In this document: positions 1 through 9,358 of the stretch, piece after piece
How positions within the stretch are numbered: position 1 is the first letter of the stretch
Layout of the letters: the number at the start of each line of letters is the position of its first letter
NCBI GenBank assembly: GCA_918241715.1
Contig: CAKJYB010000042.1
Coordinates: 1-32,363 of the forward strand
Source of the DNA: Clostridiales bacterium
GTDB lineage: Bacteria > Bacillota > Clostridia > Christensenellales > UBA1242
Direction: 5' to 3'
DNA length: 32,363 nucleotides
Notes under the pieces: generated by a model
What the model saw: the letters and a program-made list of their open reading frames with translations, nothing else
What the model was told of the DNA's origin: nothing
The model's database searches: none
Program-made: the position numbers and the translations under genes

Positions 1-44
1 CATACAATGTTTTTGACGGCAAATGCCGTTTTAAAGGAGAAAAT

Positions 45-161
45 ATGCCTTGCTGTTATAACCACCCAAGAATGATTTTTTGCCAGAGAATTATCACAAA
101 TTGCAGAAATGAAGTTGTAAATCCAACAATCACAAACACAAACAACACCACAACAAACTGA
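45..161 (+). CDS. Small Cys-rich peptide, 38 aa (MPCCYNHPRMIFCQRIITNCRNEVVNPTITNTNNTTTN); not in the ORF track
   Basis: Strong RBS AAAGGAG just upstream of ATG at 45; open to TGA at 159-161; followed directly by a hairpin terminator. Confidence 0.6.
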   Translation: MPCCYNHPRMIFCQRIITNCRNEVVNPTITNTNNTTTN

Positions 162-166
162 CAAAC

Positions 167-191
167 AAGATGCATCTTTTTGGTGCATCTT
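167..191 (+). terminator. Intrinsic terminator hairpin
   Basis: AAGATGCATC-ttttt-GGTGCATCTT stem-loop, with a T-rich tract shortly after. Confidence 0.6.
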
Positions 192-288
192 ACATATTTT
201 TTTAAAATCGTTTGCAATTTTTTGATAGCATATTTTAAAATAAGAATAGAAGAGGGCGTTTTGCACAGATTATATGTGGGGGTGAATA

Positions 289-417
289 ATGGGTTTTAAA
301 GACGAATATTCATTGCTTACATGGGTGGCATTCAAAATGACAGGGAATCCAGAAGTGGCTTCGCTGATGATCAACGCCGAAAGAGGAAAAGAAGAAGAAA
401 ACGTCCTAGGAAGATAA
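289..417 (+). CDS. YqzL-like small protein, 42 aa; not in the ORF track
   Basis: MGFKDEYSLLTWVAFKMTGNPEVASLMINAERGKEEENVLGR; W-x-x-F-x-x-TGN motif; GGGGGTG RBS; lies immediately upstream of recO, as yqzL does in Bacillota. Confidence 0.7.
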   Translation: MGFKDEYSLLTWVAFKMTGNPEVASLMINAERGKEEENVLGR

Positions 418-418
418 G

Positions 419-1147
419 ATGACACAAAAAATTCAAGCAATAGTGATTCGTTCTAATGACAGAAAGGAGAAAGATAAAAACGTTCTCCTTTTTTCACTTG
501 AAAATGGCAAAATGTGGGCAACGCTTAAGGGTGTTAAAAGCCCAACGGCAAAAATGAAACTTGCCCAAAATCCATTCTGTTATGGAGAATTTGTGCTTGA
601 AGATGGCAAGGCTGGGCAGATTATAACAGGCTTTGAAGCGATTGAGACGTTTCATGAAATAAGTGAAGATGTTGACAAATACTTTGAGGGAACGGCAATT
701 TTAGAAATTATCAATTCAATTGATTTTTCTTCAAAAGAAGAGATGGCAAGAGTTTTTGTTTTGACGATAAGGTCGCTAAAAACCTTATGTTTTGAAAATG
801 TTTTGCCACTTTATGTTTTGGACAAATTTTTGATTTCACTTTTTGACATCACGGGGACTCCACTTGAAACAAAAAGATGTTCTTGTTGCGACACAACAAT
901 CTTTGAAAGAATGTTTATTGATTATGCAACAGGCGAACTTACCTGCATAAACTGCATGAAGTATGGAAGCGAAGAACTTGCCAAAACGACGATTTCTGCG
1001 CTTAAAATTTTGTCTTCAACTGAGTTTGACAAACTTCAAACACTCAAACTTGCACAGGACAGTGAACTTGGGCTTTTGAGAGTTCTGGCAAGAAATTTTG
1101 AAGCCAGATTTGACAAAAAACTAAAATTTGTTGGGATTTTCTCATAA
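419..1147 (+). CDS. recO: DNA repair protein RecO
   Basis: N-terminal AIVIRSNDRKEKDK...LFSLENGK...ATLKGVK OB-fold pattern; C4 zinc finger CSCC...CINC; typical length (242 aa). Confidence 0.9.
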   Translation: MTQKIQAIVIRSNDRKEKDKNVLLFSLENGKMWATLKGVKSPTAKMKLAQNPFCYGEFVLEDGKAGQIITGFEAIETFHEISEDVDKYFEGTAILEIINSIDFSSKEEMARVFVLTIRSLKTLCFENVLPLYVLDKFLISLFDITGTPLETKRCSCCDTTIFERMFIDYATGELTCINCMKYGSEELAKTTISALKILSSTEFDKLQTLKLAQDSELGLLRVLARNFEARFDKKLKFVGIFS

Positions 1148-2005
1148 TTCGTCCAAACTTATGTCGCATATCTTTTCGTCTTTGATTTCAAAAGAAACAT
1201 AGTTTTTGCAGGTCTTGCTTAAAACTAAAAATTCATTTTCATTTAGGGGCAAAAAGTTTTCTATCTCTCCAAAAAATTGGGAGAGATTTTCTTTTTTTAT
1301 TCTTTTCTGCAGTCTTTCGGAAAGAAAAACCGTTGCACAAGCGAAGTCTTTAGATTTGACTGCTTCCAAAAAAAGAAACGACAAAAGCTTTTTGTCTTGA
1401 TTTACACTTGAGATGTAGGATTCGTTTTGTATGGAAATTCCGTCTTCAAACAACACGGAAAAAGTTTTTTCTCTGCAAGAAAAATCGTCAAACCTTTTTG
1501 TGATTGACAAAACGTTGTTTTCAAAGGAGAGATTTTCTCCAGAAAAATGAGACAACTTTTCAGTCAAAACATTGAAAGCGTAAAAGTCCTTTTCAAATGC
1601 AACAAAAACAAATTTTGAAGAGTGAGAAATTTTGTAGGAGATTGTTTTGTGAAGACATTTGCATTTAGTTATGTGATTTGCTCCCTCAAAGACAAGCCTG
1701 TTGTTTCCTATAAAGATTTTGCAAGTTTTTCCACCAACAGAGACTGATTCTTTGTTGTAAGAAAAGACAAGTTGTGGCTTTTCCAAAATTGCAAAATGTT
1801 GATTGTTGTGTTTAACAAAAGAGACTTTGTCGCTGTCAATAGGCTGATTTAAATTTATGCAAAATGGAAGAGCCAACGCCGACTTTGGATAGACAAAAAC
1901 AAAATCTTCGTCTTCACATTCAAGGTTGTCATTTTCGTTTAATTCGACAAAATCATTTTTTGCCTTTATCACACATGGATAAGTGGTTTTTACAATATAT
2001 TTCAT
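1142..2005 (-). CDS. Hypothetical protein, 287 aa, predicted beta-rich
   Basis: Long ORF convergent with recO (stops overlap); sigmaE-like promoter directly ahead of ATG; no recognised motif. Confidence 0.75.
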   Translation of the reverse strand: MKYIVKTTYPCVIKAKNDFVELNENDNLECEDEDFVFVYPKSALALPFCINLNQPIDSDKVSFVKHNNQHFAILEKPQLVFSYNKESVSVGGKTCKIFIGNNRLVFEGANHITKCKCLHKTISYKISHSSKFVFVAFEKDFYAFNVLTEKLSHFSGENLSFENNVLSITKRFDDFSCREKTFSVLFEDGISIQNESYISSVNQDKKLLSFLFLEAVKSKDFACATVFLSERLQKRIKKENLSQFFGEIENFLPLNENEFLVLSKTCKNYVSFEIKDEKICDISLDEL

Positions 2006-2010
2006 ACAAA

Positions 2011-2039
2011 AATATATGAAACACGCAATTATTTTATGA
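2011..2039 (-). promoter_or_regulatory. SigmaE-like promoter (TCATAAA-14 bp-CATATATT)
   Basis: Matches the mother-cell sigmaE consensus (ATA...CATAcaaT) with 14-bp spacing; ends 5 nt before ATG at 2005. Confidence 0.45.
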
Positions 2040-2090
2040 ATTTTGATTATTTTTTTTGTTTTTGGAAATTATTTTTGCAGGAGATAAAAA

Positions 2091-2807
2091 ATGAAAATTT
2101 GGAATGACGAAGAAGTTAAAAATTTGTTTTCGGAAGCAGAAAATTGCAAAAAAGAGAGAAAATCTTTAAAATTTGCCTTTCAAAAACACGCAGAAAAATA
2201 TGGAAGAAAACCAAATAGTGTAAGAAATTATTATTATTTTGATGTTGAAAATCTTAAAAAAGATAAAAACAGGTGCAAAAAGTTGGGAATCGACATAAGC
2301 AAGCACGAAAAAAGTCAGTATGTTGCCTTTGGAAAAGAAGCAGAAGAAAAACTTTTGCTTCAAGTTAGACAAATGACCAAGCAGGGAATGTCGGTCAGAA
2401 ATGCTTGTGAAAAGATAAGTGGGGGAGACCTTTGTTTGATGACAAGACTTCAAAACAAAATTCAAAACATAAAGAGAAAAAACTTGCAAAAAGACAACGT
2501 GATTTTGTTTAAGCAAAGAAAAAACACTCTCACAGAAAACGACATCAACAGCTTGTTTATGGGGCTTGTCAAACTTATCAAAAAGACAACAACAGAAGAG
2601 ATTGAAGAGAGAGTTAAGATTGAAAAGATTAGCACGGACAATCTTTTGAAAAAGGCCGTCTTTGATTTGGGCGAAAAGGACAGAATGATTGAAAAACTTA
2701 AAGATGAATTTAAAACTCTCAAAAATGAAAACAAAAAGCTCAGCGACAGACTGAACAAATATCTTCTAAACAAAAAAAAGACGAAACAGGCTCTTATTGG
2801 AGAATAA
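2091..2807 (+). CDS. Putative DNA-binding protein with Myb/SANT-like N-terminal repeats and a C-terminal coiled coil (RsfA/YlbO-like)
   Basis: RBS AGGAG; WNDEEVKNLF...AFQKHAEKYGRKPNSVRNYYY resembles the RsfA-type W-x-x-EE...AF...R Myb-like HTH; second similar unit FGKEAEEKLL...GMSVRNAC; heptad-rich C-terminus. Confidence 0.6.
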   Translation: MKIWNDEEVKNLFSEAENCKKERKSLKFAFQKHAEKYGRKPNSVRNYYYFDVENLKKDKNRCKKLGIDISKHEKSQYVAFGKEAEEKLLLQVRQMTKQGMSVRNACEKISGGDLCLMTRLQNKIQNIKRKNLQKDNVILFKQRKNTLTENDINSLFMGLVKLIKKTTTEEIEERVKIEKISTDNLLKKAVFDLGEKDRMIEKLKDEFKTLKNENKKLSDRLNKYLLNKKKTKQALIGE

Positions 2808-2832
2808 AAAATTTGTGTTGAAATGGTTTTTG

Positions 2833-2841
2833 TGATAAAAT
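2833..2841 (+). promoter_or_regulatory. Extended -10 promoter TGaTAAAAT for addB (leaderless)
   Basis: TG-n-TAAAAT ends 6 nt before ATG at 2848; TTGTGT lies 17 bp upstream; no SD. Confidence 0.6.
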
Positions 2842-2847
2842 CATTTT

Positions 2848-5800
2848 ATGGAAATAACGCTTGTTAGGGGAGCAACTGCTTTTGAAGCAGGAAAAAGCAC
2901 AATAAAAAAGATTGACACAAAAGACATGACTCAAAAAAACTATGTTGTTGTGCCAGACACTTTTTCTATGCAGGCAGAAAAACTTTTGTTTGACGAACTG
3001 GGAATAAAGGCAACTTTCAACATTGAAGTTGTTGGAATATCAAAACTTGCCAGCAGAATTTTAAGAGAAAACAATGTTGCCTTTGCAAGAATTTCAGGAT
3101 TGGAAGAAGTGTTTAATGTTTTTCAAGCCGTAAAAGAATGTGAGAGTGATTTTAAGTATTTTGAAAAATGCGACATAGAATTTTGCCAAAAAATTTTGGA
3201 AATAATAAAGCAATTTAAGTCTTGCAAGATAAAGCCAGAAAACATCAAACCAACAAAAAATGAATTGTTAAACAACAAGATGCACGATCTCAAACTTGTT
3301 TATGAACATTATGAAAATTTGCTTGGTGAAAAATTTGATTTGTCAAAATTGTTGGAGTATTCCGTCCAAAACGTTCAAAACTTCAAAAACCTTTCAAATT
3401 TAAATCTTTATTTTGTAAATTTTGATAGTTTCTCTCTTGAAATTGGAAATTTTATTTGCAAACTTGCAGAATATGTAAACAAAATTTATATTGGAATGGC
3501 TTATCCACTTTCAGTAAACAATGGATACATTTATGAAGACGACATCAAGTCAAAAATAACAAAACTTGCTGGTGAAAAGGGCGCAAAGCCAAAAGTTGAA
3601 GAAGATTTTTCTCAACCTACCGGAAAGAGAAGAAAGATTGTTGAAAACTTGTTTGGTTTTAGTGTAGAACAAGGAAAGAGTGATTATTTTGTAAACGTTC
3701 TTGCAACAAACAGGCAGGACGAAGTTGATTTTGTTGCAAAATATATCAAAAGAGAAGTGTTTAAGGGCGCAAGATTCAACGATTTTGCTGTTGCAATTTC
3801 AAGTGATACTTATTACGATAAAATCAGAACAACGTTTGAAAAATATGGGATTGTTACATACACGGACGACGCTGTAAATCTTTCGCAGACGATGCTTGGA
3901 AGATTTGTCTTGAAAGTTTTTGAAATTGCAAGGCTTGGGTTTGATATGCCAAACTTACAATGGCTCGTTTCATGCGATTTGCTTGGGGAAGATAAAGAAA
4001 GTTTGCATGACATAAACTTTTATCAAATTGACGACGAAAAAGAGTTTTTGGAAAGACACCAAACGTATAGTTGGATTGTCTCAAAAATAAACAGCCTGAA
4101 AAAGTGCAAGTTGGCACAGGATTACGTTGGTTGCCTTAAAGAACTTGTCGGTTTTGTGGGAGAAAACTACAAAAACATTGTCAACAGACTTGAAGAAGAA
4201 AGATTCTATAAGAAATCAAGCGAAAACACTCAATCACTTGAGCTTATTTCGCAAGTTTTTGAAAAGATTTCAGAGCTTGGTGGAAAACAGGAGTTTTCTG
4301 TTTTTGATTTTGAAAACTTGGTCAAAATTTCTTTGCAAAGTGTCAAAGTTGAAACGATTCCGTCATACATTGATGCTGTTTTTGTTGGCGATGCAACAAA
4401 GAGTTATTTTGAAGACGTAAAAGTTTTGTTTGTTTTGGGCGCCAACGCAAAAGAACTGCCAAAAACGCAGGCCGATACGGGAATTATTGACGACAACGAC
4501 ATCAAGGAACTTAAGTTTAATTATGCCTTAGAGCCGGAAATAAAGGTTTTAAACAGACGTGCAAGACTAAAACTTTTTGAATGTTTGCAACATGCTCAAG
4601 AAAAACTTATTGTTTGTTGCCCATCAGCAGGAGACGACAAGATTTCGCAATTTGTTTTTGACCTTAGAAAAATGTTCGGTGAAAACGTTTTGAACACAGC
4701 AAACATGGGCCTTTCAATTGATTCTGCAAAGAGCAAAAAGGAAAGGTTTGACGATTTGTTGTTGTGTCTTGGAAGTGAAGATAAATTTTTGGAAAATTAT
4801 TCTGCACTTCAGGCAAACAAGATGATTCCTGTAAAACTTGAAGGAATGTTAAAAAGCATTGCTGGAGAATTCCCAAAAGAAAAGGAATATAAATTTATTC
4901 CAAAAGAAGATGCACAGAAACTTTTAAAATCAAAAATTTCTGTTACATCACTTGAGACGTATTTTGCCTGTCCATTTAGATTTTTTGTTGAAAAATCTTT
5001 GGGGGTAAAAGAACTTGAAATATACATGCCTGACAAGAGAAATTTTGGAAGTTTTGAACATGACTTGTTGGAAAATTTTGTTTCACAATACAACCTAAAA
5101 GAAGAAAAAATTGATTGCGTAAACGAATTTTTGAAGAAAAACATGCTGAAAATTGCAAAAAAATATTATGACGAAAAGACTTTAAGCGAAAAATCTTTTG
5201 TGAAATACTTGGAGAACGAAAGCAAAATTATTTTGAAGAATGTGTTGCACGAAGCGAAGTACAGCAAGTTTGTTCCAAAGTATTTTGAATATGGTGTAAG
5301 CAAAAAAGTTGACAAAAATCTGACCTTGTGTGGAATTATTGACAGGGTTGATGTGTTTGAAAACAGATTTAGAGTTCTTGATTACAAAACCGGAGAGCAA
5401 AAGGGAATCAAAGATAGTTTGTTCTGTGGAAAAAAACTTCAACTTTTTATTTATGCGAAAGCGTTGAAAGAACAACTTGGTTTGGACTGCTCCGGAGTTT
5501 ATTATTTTAATTGTCAGACAAAATACAATTCAAAGTCAAAGTTGAAATTGTTGCATGGAATGACCAAAAACGACTATGATGTTGTGGTTGCTTCGGATTA
5601 TAGGCTTGCTGAATATGGGCAAAAAAGTGATATTTTGTCCGTCACAGCAAAGAAGAATCCAAACAAGGGAGAAGAATTCTACGACAGGTCAAAACTTTTG
5701 GTAAAAAATTTTGACAAAACGTTTGATTATGCAGAGAAAATTGCAATAAACGCACATAAGGAAATGCAAGAAGGTTATATTGAAGATAAACCACTTGCCG

Positions 5801-5892
5801 ATTCGTGCAAAAATTGCCCATATATTTCAGTGTGCATGCACAGAGAAGAAGATGGACAGAGAAAAATTTTAAGCGCAAAGGATGTTTTTTAA
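2848..5892 (+). CDS. addB: ATP-dependent helicase/nuclease subunit B (AddB/RexB-like)
   Basis: VVVPDTFSMQAEK N-terminal motif; SVTSLETYFACPFRFF, GIIDRVD, VLDYKTG, LQLFIY nuclease motifs; Fe-S cysteines CKNCPYISVC; translationally coupled to addA. Confidence 0.88.
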   Translation: MEITLVRGATAFEAGKSTIKKIDTKDMTQKNYVVVPDTFSMQAEKLLFDELGIKATFNIEVVGISKLASRILRENNVAFARISGLEEVFNVFQAVKECESDFKYFEKCDIEFCQKILEIIKQFKSCKIKPENIKPTKNELLNNKMHDLKLVYEHYENLLGEKFDLSKLLEYSVQNVQNFKNLSNLNLYFVNFDSFSLEIGNFICKLAEYVNKIYIGMAYPLSVNNGYIYEDDIKSKITKLAGEKGAKPKVEEDFSQPTGKRRKIVENLFGFSVEQGKSDYFVNVLATNRQDEVDFVAKYIKREVFKGARFNDFAVAISSDTYYDKIRTTFEKYGIVTYTDDAVNLSQTMLGRFVLKVFEIARLGFDMPNLQWLVSCDLLGEDKESLHDINFYQIDDEKEFLERHQTYSWIVSKINSLKKCKLAQDYVGCLKELVGFVGENYKNIVNRLEEERFYKKSSENTQSLELISQVFEKISELGGKQEFSVFDFENLVKISLQSVKVETIPSYIDAVFVGDATKSYFEDVKVLFVLGANAKELPKTQADTGIIDDNDIKELKFNYALEPEIKVLNRRARLKLFECLQHAQEKLIVCCPSAGDDKISQFVFDLRKMFGENVLNTANMGLSIDSAKSKKERFDDLLLCLGSEDKFLENYSALQANKMIPVKLEGMLKSIAGEFPKEKEYKFIPKEDAQKLLKSKISVTSLETYFACPFRFFVEKSLGVKELEIYMPDKRNFGSFEHDLLENFVSQYNLKEEKIDCVNEFLKKNMLKIAKKYYDEKTLSEKSFVKYLENESKIILKNVLHEAKYSKFVPKYFEYGVSKKVDKNLTLCGIIDRVDVFENRFRVLDYKTGEQKGIKDSLFCGKKLQLFIYAKALKEQLGLDCSGVYYFNCQTKYNSKSKLKLLHGMTKNDYDVVVASDYRLAEYGQKSDILSVTAKKNPNKGEEFYDRSKLLVKNFDKTFDYAEKIAINAHKEMQEGYIEDKPLADSCKNCPYISVCMHREEDGQRKILSAKDVF

Positions 5893-8800
5893 TGGCTGAA
5901 AAGAAAGAAGAGAAGATTCTGGAACAAACCAAAGTTTTGGAAAACAAAAAGAAGAACATGATTGTCAGTGCTTCAGCAGGCAGTGGCAAGACCTTTGTTA
6001 TGATAAAATATGTCACAGAATTGGTTTGTGAAAGAAAAATCCCACTCAAAGACATTGTTGTTTTGACATTTACAAAAGCTGCTGCTGCAGAAATGAAAGA
6101 ACGCTTGGAAAAAAGTCTTAGAAAACAAAAGCAAACGGCCTATGTTGTGGAGCAGATTGACTCTTTGCCAACTGCCAACATCTCAACAATAGACTCTTTT
6201 TGCGAAAAAAATCTTAAAAAATATGCAAATTTGGTTGGTCTTAGTGAAACATTTAGCGTTTTAGATGCAAATTTGGACGAAAAACTGAAAAAGGAAAGTT
6301 TTGACAAGGCAATAAAACTTTTCAAACAAACTGAGCCAGAAAAATATGTTCAACTTGTAGAAATTTTCAAAAACAATATTGGGGAGATAAGAGAAATCGT
6401 CTTTTCAATTGAAAGTTTGGTTGATGTTGTAAGCGACAGGAATGACTTTTTGCAAAAAAATATGAAAAATGCAGAGAGTTATTTTGATAAGGCTGCAGAC
6501 TTTCTTGTTTTGAATTTTAAAAATATGCTAAACAAGATTTTTGAAAAAATCGAAAAACTTCATCTTGTCGAATATGAAAATGCTGTAAGAAAAAATATGG
6601 GAATCATTTTGCAGGCAAAAGATATTTTTGAACTTTGCAGTATTTTAAATAATGTTGAAATGCCAGACAGACCAAAGAAAAAAGATGTTGGTGAGGAAGT
6701 TTTTGATTTGCTCGGGAAACTTAAAGAATTGTTTGAAGGAGAAAAGGAAAAGATTTTAGACCTTGATCTTCTTGACAATCAAAAGGCAAAAATGCAGAGA
6801 GAAGGCATTTTGGAAAAGAGCTTTTTAAGTTTGTTTTTGGCTTATGAAAAAATTGAAAGCGAAACAAAACTTGCAAGAAATTGTTTAAGTTTTTCTGATC
6901 TTTCAAAATTTATGGTCAAACTTTCAGAAAAAGAAAATCTGTTTGGAAATGTCAAGTATGTTTTTATTGACGAATATCAAGATACAAGCAAAATTCAAGA
7001 GAGAATTGTAAAAAATATCGCAAAAAACTGCAATTTTGTTGCTGTTGGTGATGTGAAACAGGGAATATACGGCTTTAGATTGGCTGACAGCGAAATCTTT
7101 TTGAAAGATGTAAAAGATTTTGATGAAAACGAAGATTCGGCAGTGAATTATCTTAAAGAAAACTTTAGAAGTGATGAAAGAGTGTTGAACTTTATCAACA
7201 AAGTTTTTGATGTTTGCATGAGAGAAGAAAATACCGGAGTTGAATACAAAAAAGACGCAGATCTTCACGCTTTCCACAGATTTAAGAATGACGGAAGCAA
7301 GGCTGTAACAATTCATGTTGTAAAGGAAGAAAAACCAGAAGAAGAAACTTTGCCGGAACTTTACAGCGTAAAAAATGCAAAAATTGAGTTGAAAAACTCA
7401 GACCTAAAGCAAATGCTTGACATAAGAGAGCAAATTTTTGTTGCAAGAAAAACCAAGATTTATGAAGACGAAGAGTTTAGAGATTGCAAATTTGGTGATA
7501 TTGCAATTTTGAGCAGAAGCAGAAGTGATTTGTATTTTTGTCTTGAAGAGTTTTTGATTGAAAGTGGGATTCCTGTTGGCACAGACTCTAAGAAAAAACT
7601 TTTAGACGAAGTAGAAATAAAAGTGCTTTTAAACTTTTTAAAAATTTCTCTTATCATGGAAGACGATATTGCAACTCTTTCCGTTTTGCTTTCTCCAATT
7701 GGTGGATTTACTCTTGAAGAAATTATAAAAGAAAAGGGGACACAGACCATTTGTGAAATGGTGCAAAATAATCAAAAATTTGCATCCGTAATCAAAAAAA
7801 TTGAAGATTTTAAAAGAAATATGTCTGTTTTTGGTGCAAAAAAAGCGTTTGATTTGTTGTTTATTGAAACAAAGTATAGGTCATATTTAAATTCTAAACA
7901 AGACTTCAAAATGGTAAACGAATTTGTTGACGCCTTTCTTCAAAACGTTCAAGAGTGTGGATTTGAATATGATTTGCCATCTCTTATAAATTATTTTGAA
8001 AACGTTGACATTGATGTTGAAAATTTGGGGCAAGTCCAAGACGGCGTAATTTTGGAGACCATACACGCAAGCAAGGGGCTTGAATATCCGGTTGTCTTTT
8101 TGATTGGTTGTGATAAAGATTTCATGAAAGTTTCGGGCAAAGAAAATCGAAACGTAAGAATTGACGAAAACTTTGGCTTCGCCGTAAAAGATTTTAATGT
8201 TGACGAAAACGAAAATTCCACAAGCGTAAGAATGCTTGCAATAAAGCAACTTGAAAAAAGAAAACGTTTTAGAGACGAATTGATGATTTTTTATGTTGCT
8301 CTCACCAGAGCAAAGAACAAACTTGTTTTGTTTGGAAAGTATGATGCAAAAATCTTTGAGAAGAAAAACCTTGATGAGTGCAAGACATACTTTGACCTTG
8401 TTTTCAACGCATGCGACGACATGAGACGGGCGCTTCAAAATGACGAAAAATACGAAGATGTGGACGTTGAAGCACATGTTGTAAATGACGTGATTTTAAA
8501 AGAAATAGAAAAAGAAGATGTGGAGAAAAACCCAGAGTTCGAGACAAGTTGTGTGGCAAAGATTAAAGAATATTTGGGGTTTGACTATAAATATGATGAT
8601 AAGTTGAACTTCAAACTTAAAGAAGGGGTAACAAGTCTCAACTTGAAAAATCTTGAAAACAACCTTGAGAAATATTCAAACGAAAACTTCAGTTTTGTCG
8701 GTGCTGGTGTTGAAATTGGAAACGCATATCACTTGGCGATGGAAAATCTTGACTTTGAAAAGATTGACAGCGTTGACGACATAAAAAGACAGATAGAGCA

Positions 8801-9197
8801 GATGTCCGCGTTGTTTGATGGAACTGAAAAACTTTTGAATTATGGGGTTTTGCTTGAAAACATAAAACTTGTAAAGAGTGTTGTTTCGGGGGCAACTCTA
8901 TATAAAGAAAAAAGGTTTATCATGAAAGAAAAACTCTGCAACCTTTTGGAAGGTGTGGAATATGACGACAAGATATTGCTTCAGGGTGCAGTGGATTTGT
9001 TTGCAGTGAAAAAGGACGAAGTTGTTTTGATAGATTATAAATATTCAAATTCGACCGATAAAAATTATTTGATAAATAAATACAAAAATCAAATTAAATT
9101 TTACAAAATGGCAATAGAAAACGCCTTTAATTTGCCTGTTAAAAATGCATATTTATTGTCATTAAAACACGCAGAATTGATTAAAGTTGAAGTTTAA
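5892..9197 (+). CDS. addA: ATP-dependent helicase/nuclease subunit A (AddA)
   Basis: Walker A SASAGSGKT, LTFTKAAAAEMKERL, IDEYQD, VGDVKQGIYGFR, ENFRS, TIHASKGLEY, YVALTRAK; C-terminal QGAVDL/IDYK nuclease; start reset to the ATG in the TAATG overlap with the addB stop. Confidence 0.92.
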   Translation: MAEKKEEKILEQTKVLENKKKNMIVSASAGSGKTFVMIKYVTELVCERKIPLKDIVVLTFTKAAAAEMKERLEKSLRKQKQTAYVVEQIDSLPTANISTIDSFCEKNLKKYANLVGLSETFSVLDANLDEKLKKESFDKAIKLFKQTEPEKYVQLVEIFKNNIGEIREIVFSIESLVDVVSDRNDFLQKNMKNAESYFDKAADFLVLNFKNMLNKIFEKIEKLHLVEYENAVRKNMGIILQAKDIFELCSILNNVEMPDRPKKKDVGEEVFDLLGKLKELFEGEKEKILDLDLLDNQKAKMQREGILEKSFLSLFLAYEKIESETKLARNCLSFSDLSKFMVKLSEKENLFGNVKYVFIDEYQDTSKIQERIVKNIAKNCNFVAVGDVKQGIYGFRLADSEIFLKDVKDFDENEDSAVNYLKENFRSDERVLNFINKVFDVCMREENTGVEYKKDADLHAFHRFKNDGSKAVTIHVVKEEKPEEETLPELYSVKNAKIELKNSDLKQMLDIREQIFVARKTKIYEDEEFRDCKFGDIAILSRSRSDLYFCLEEFLIESGIPVGTDSKKKLLDEVEIKVLLNFLKISLIMEDDIATLSVLLSPIGGFTLEEIIKEKGTQTICEMVQNNQKFASVIKKIEDFKRNMSVFGAKKAFDLLFIETKYRSYLNSKQDFKMVNEFVDAFLQNVQECGFEYDLPSLINYFENVDIDVENLGQVQDGVILETIHASKGLEYPVVFLIGCDKDFMKVSGKENRNVRIDENFGFAVKDFNVDENENSTSVRMLAIKQLEKRKRFRDELMIFYVALTRAKNKLVLFGKYDAKIFEKKNLDECKTYFDLVFNACDDMRRALQNDEKYEDVDVEAHVVNDVILKEIEKEDVEKNPEFETSCVAKIKEYLGFDYKYDDKLNFKLKEGVTSLNLKNLENNLEKYSNENFSFVGAGVEIGNAYHLAMENLDFEKIDSVDDIKRQIEQMSALFDGTEKLLNYGVLLENIKLVKSVVSGATLYKEKRFIMKEKLCNLLEGVEYDDKILLQGAVDLFAVKKDEVVLIDYKYSNSTDKNYLINKYKNQIKFYKMAIENAFNLPVKNAYLLSLKHAELIKVEV

Positions 9198-9265
9198 AAA
9201 GGGAAAAATATTATAAGAAAAAGTGACATTTTTGGTTGCTTTTTCTCTTTTTGTTTTACGGACGA

Positions 9266-9309
9266 AAAAATGTTTTAAAAATATTTAAAAAATTATTAAA
9301 AAATGTTAG
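9266..9309 (+). repeat. Four tandem 11-bp degenerate units, each starting AAAAAT (helically phased A-tracts)
   Basis: aaaaatgtttt / aaaaatattta / aaaaattatta / aaaaatgttag; A-tracts end at 9270, 9281, 9292, 9303. Confidence 0.55.
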
Positions 9310-9327
9310 TAAATATTTTTTTGATTG

Positions 9328-9336
9328 TGATATACT
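9328..9336 (+). promoter_or_regulatory. Extended -10 promoter TGaTATACT
   Basis: TG-n-TATACT upstream of the AGGAGG RBS and ATG at 9359. Confidence 0.55.
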
Positions 9337-9358
9337 ACAAATGTATATAGGAGGCTTT

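Noticed and set aside
244-272. SigmaG-like promoter (GAATA-17-CAGATTA) before the yqzL-like gene
   Set aside because: Short degenerate match in AT-rich DNA; not distinguishable from chance without conservation data
2848-2900. Degenerate Walker A at the AddB N-terminus (RGATAFEAGKS) as a sign of pseudogenisation
   Set aside because: The AddB helicase-like domain is normally inactive and variable; the ORF, nuclease motifs and Fe-S cysteines are intact
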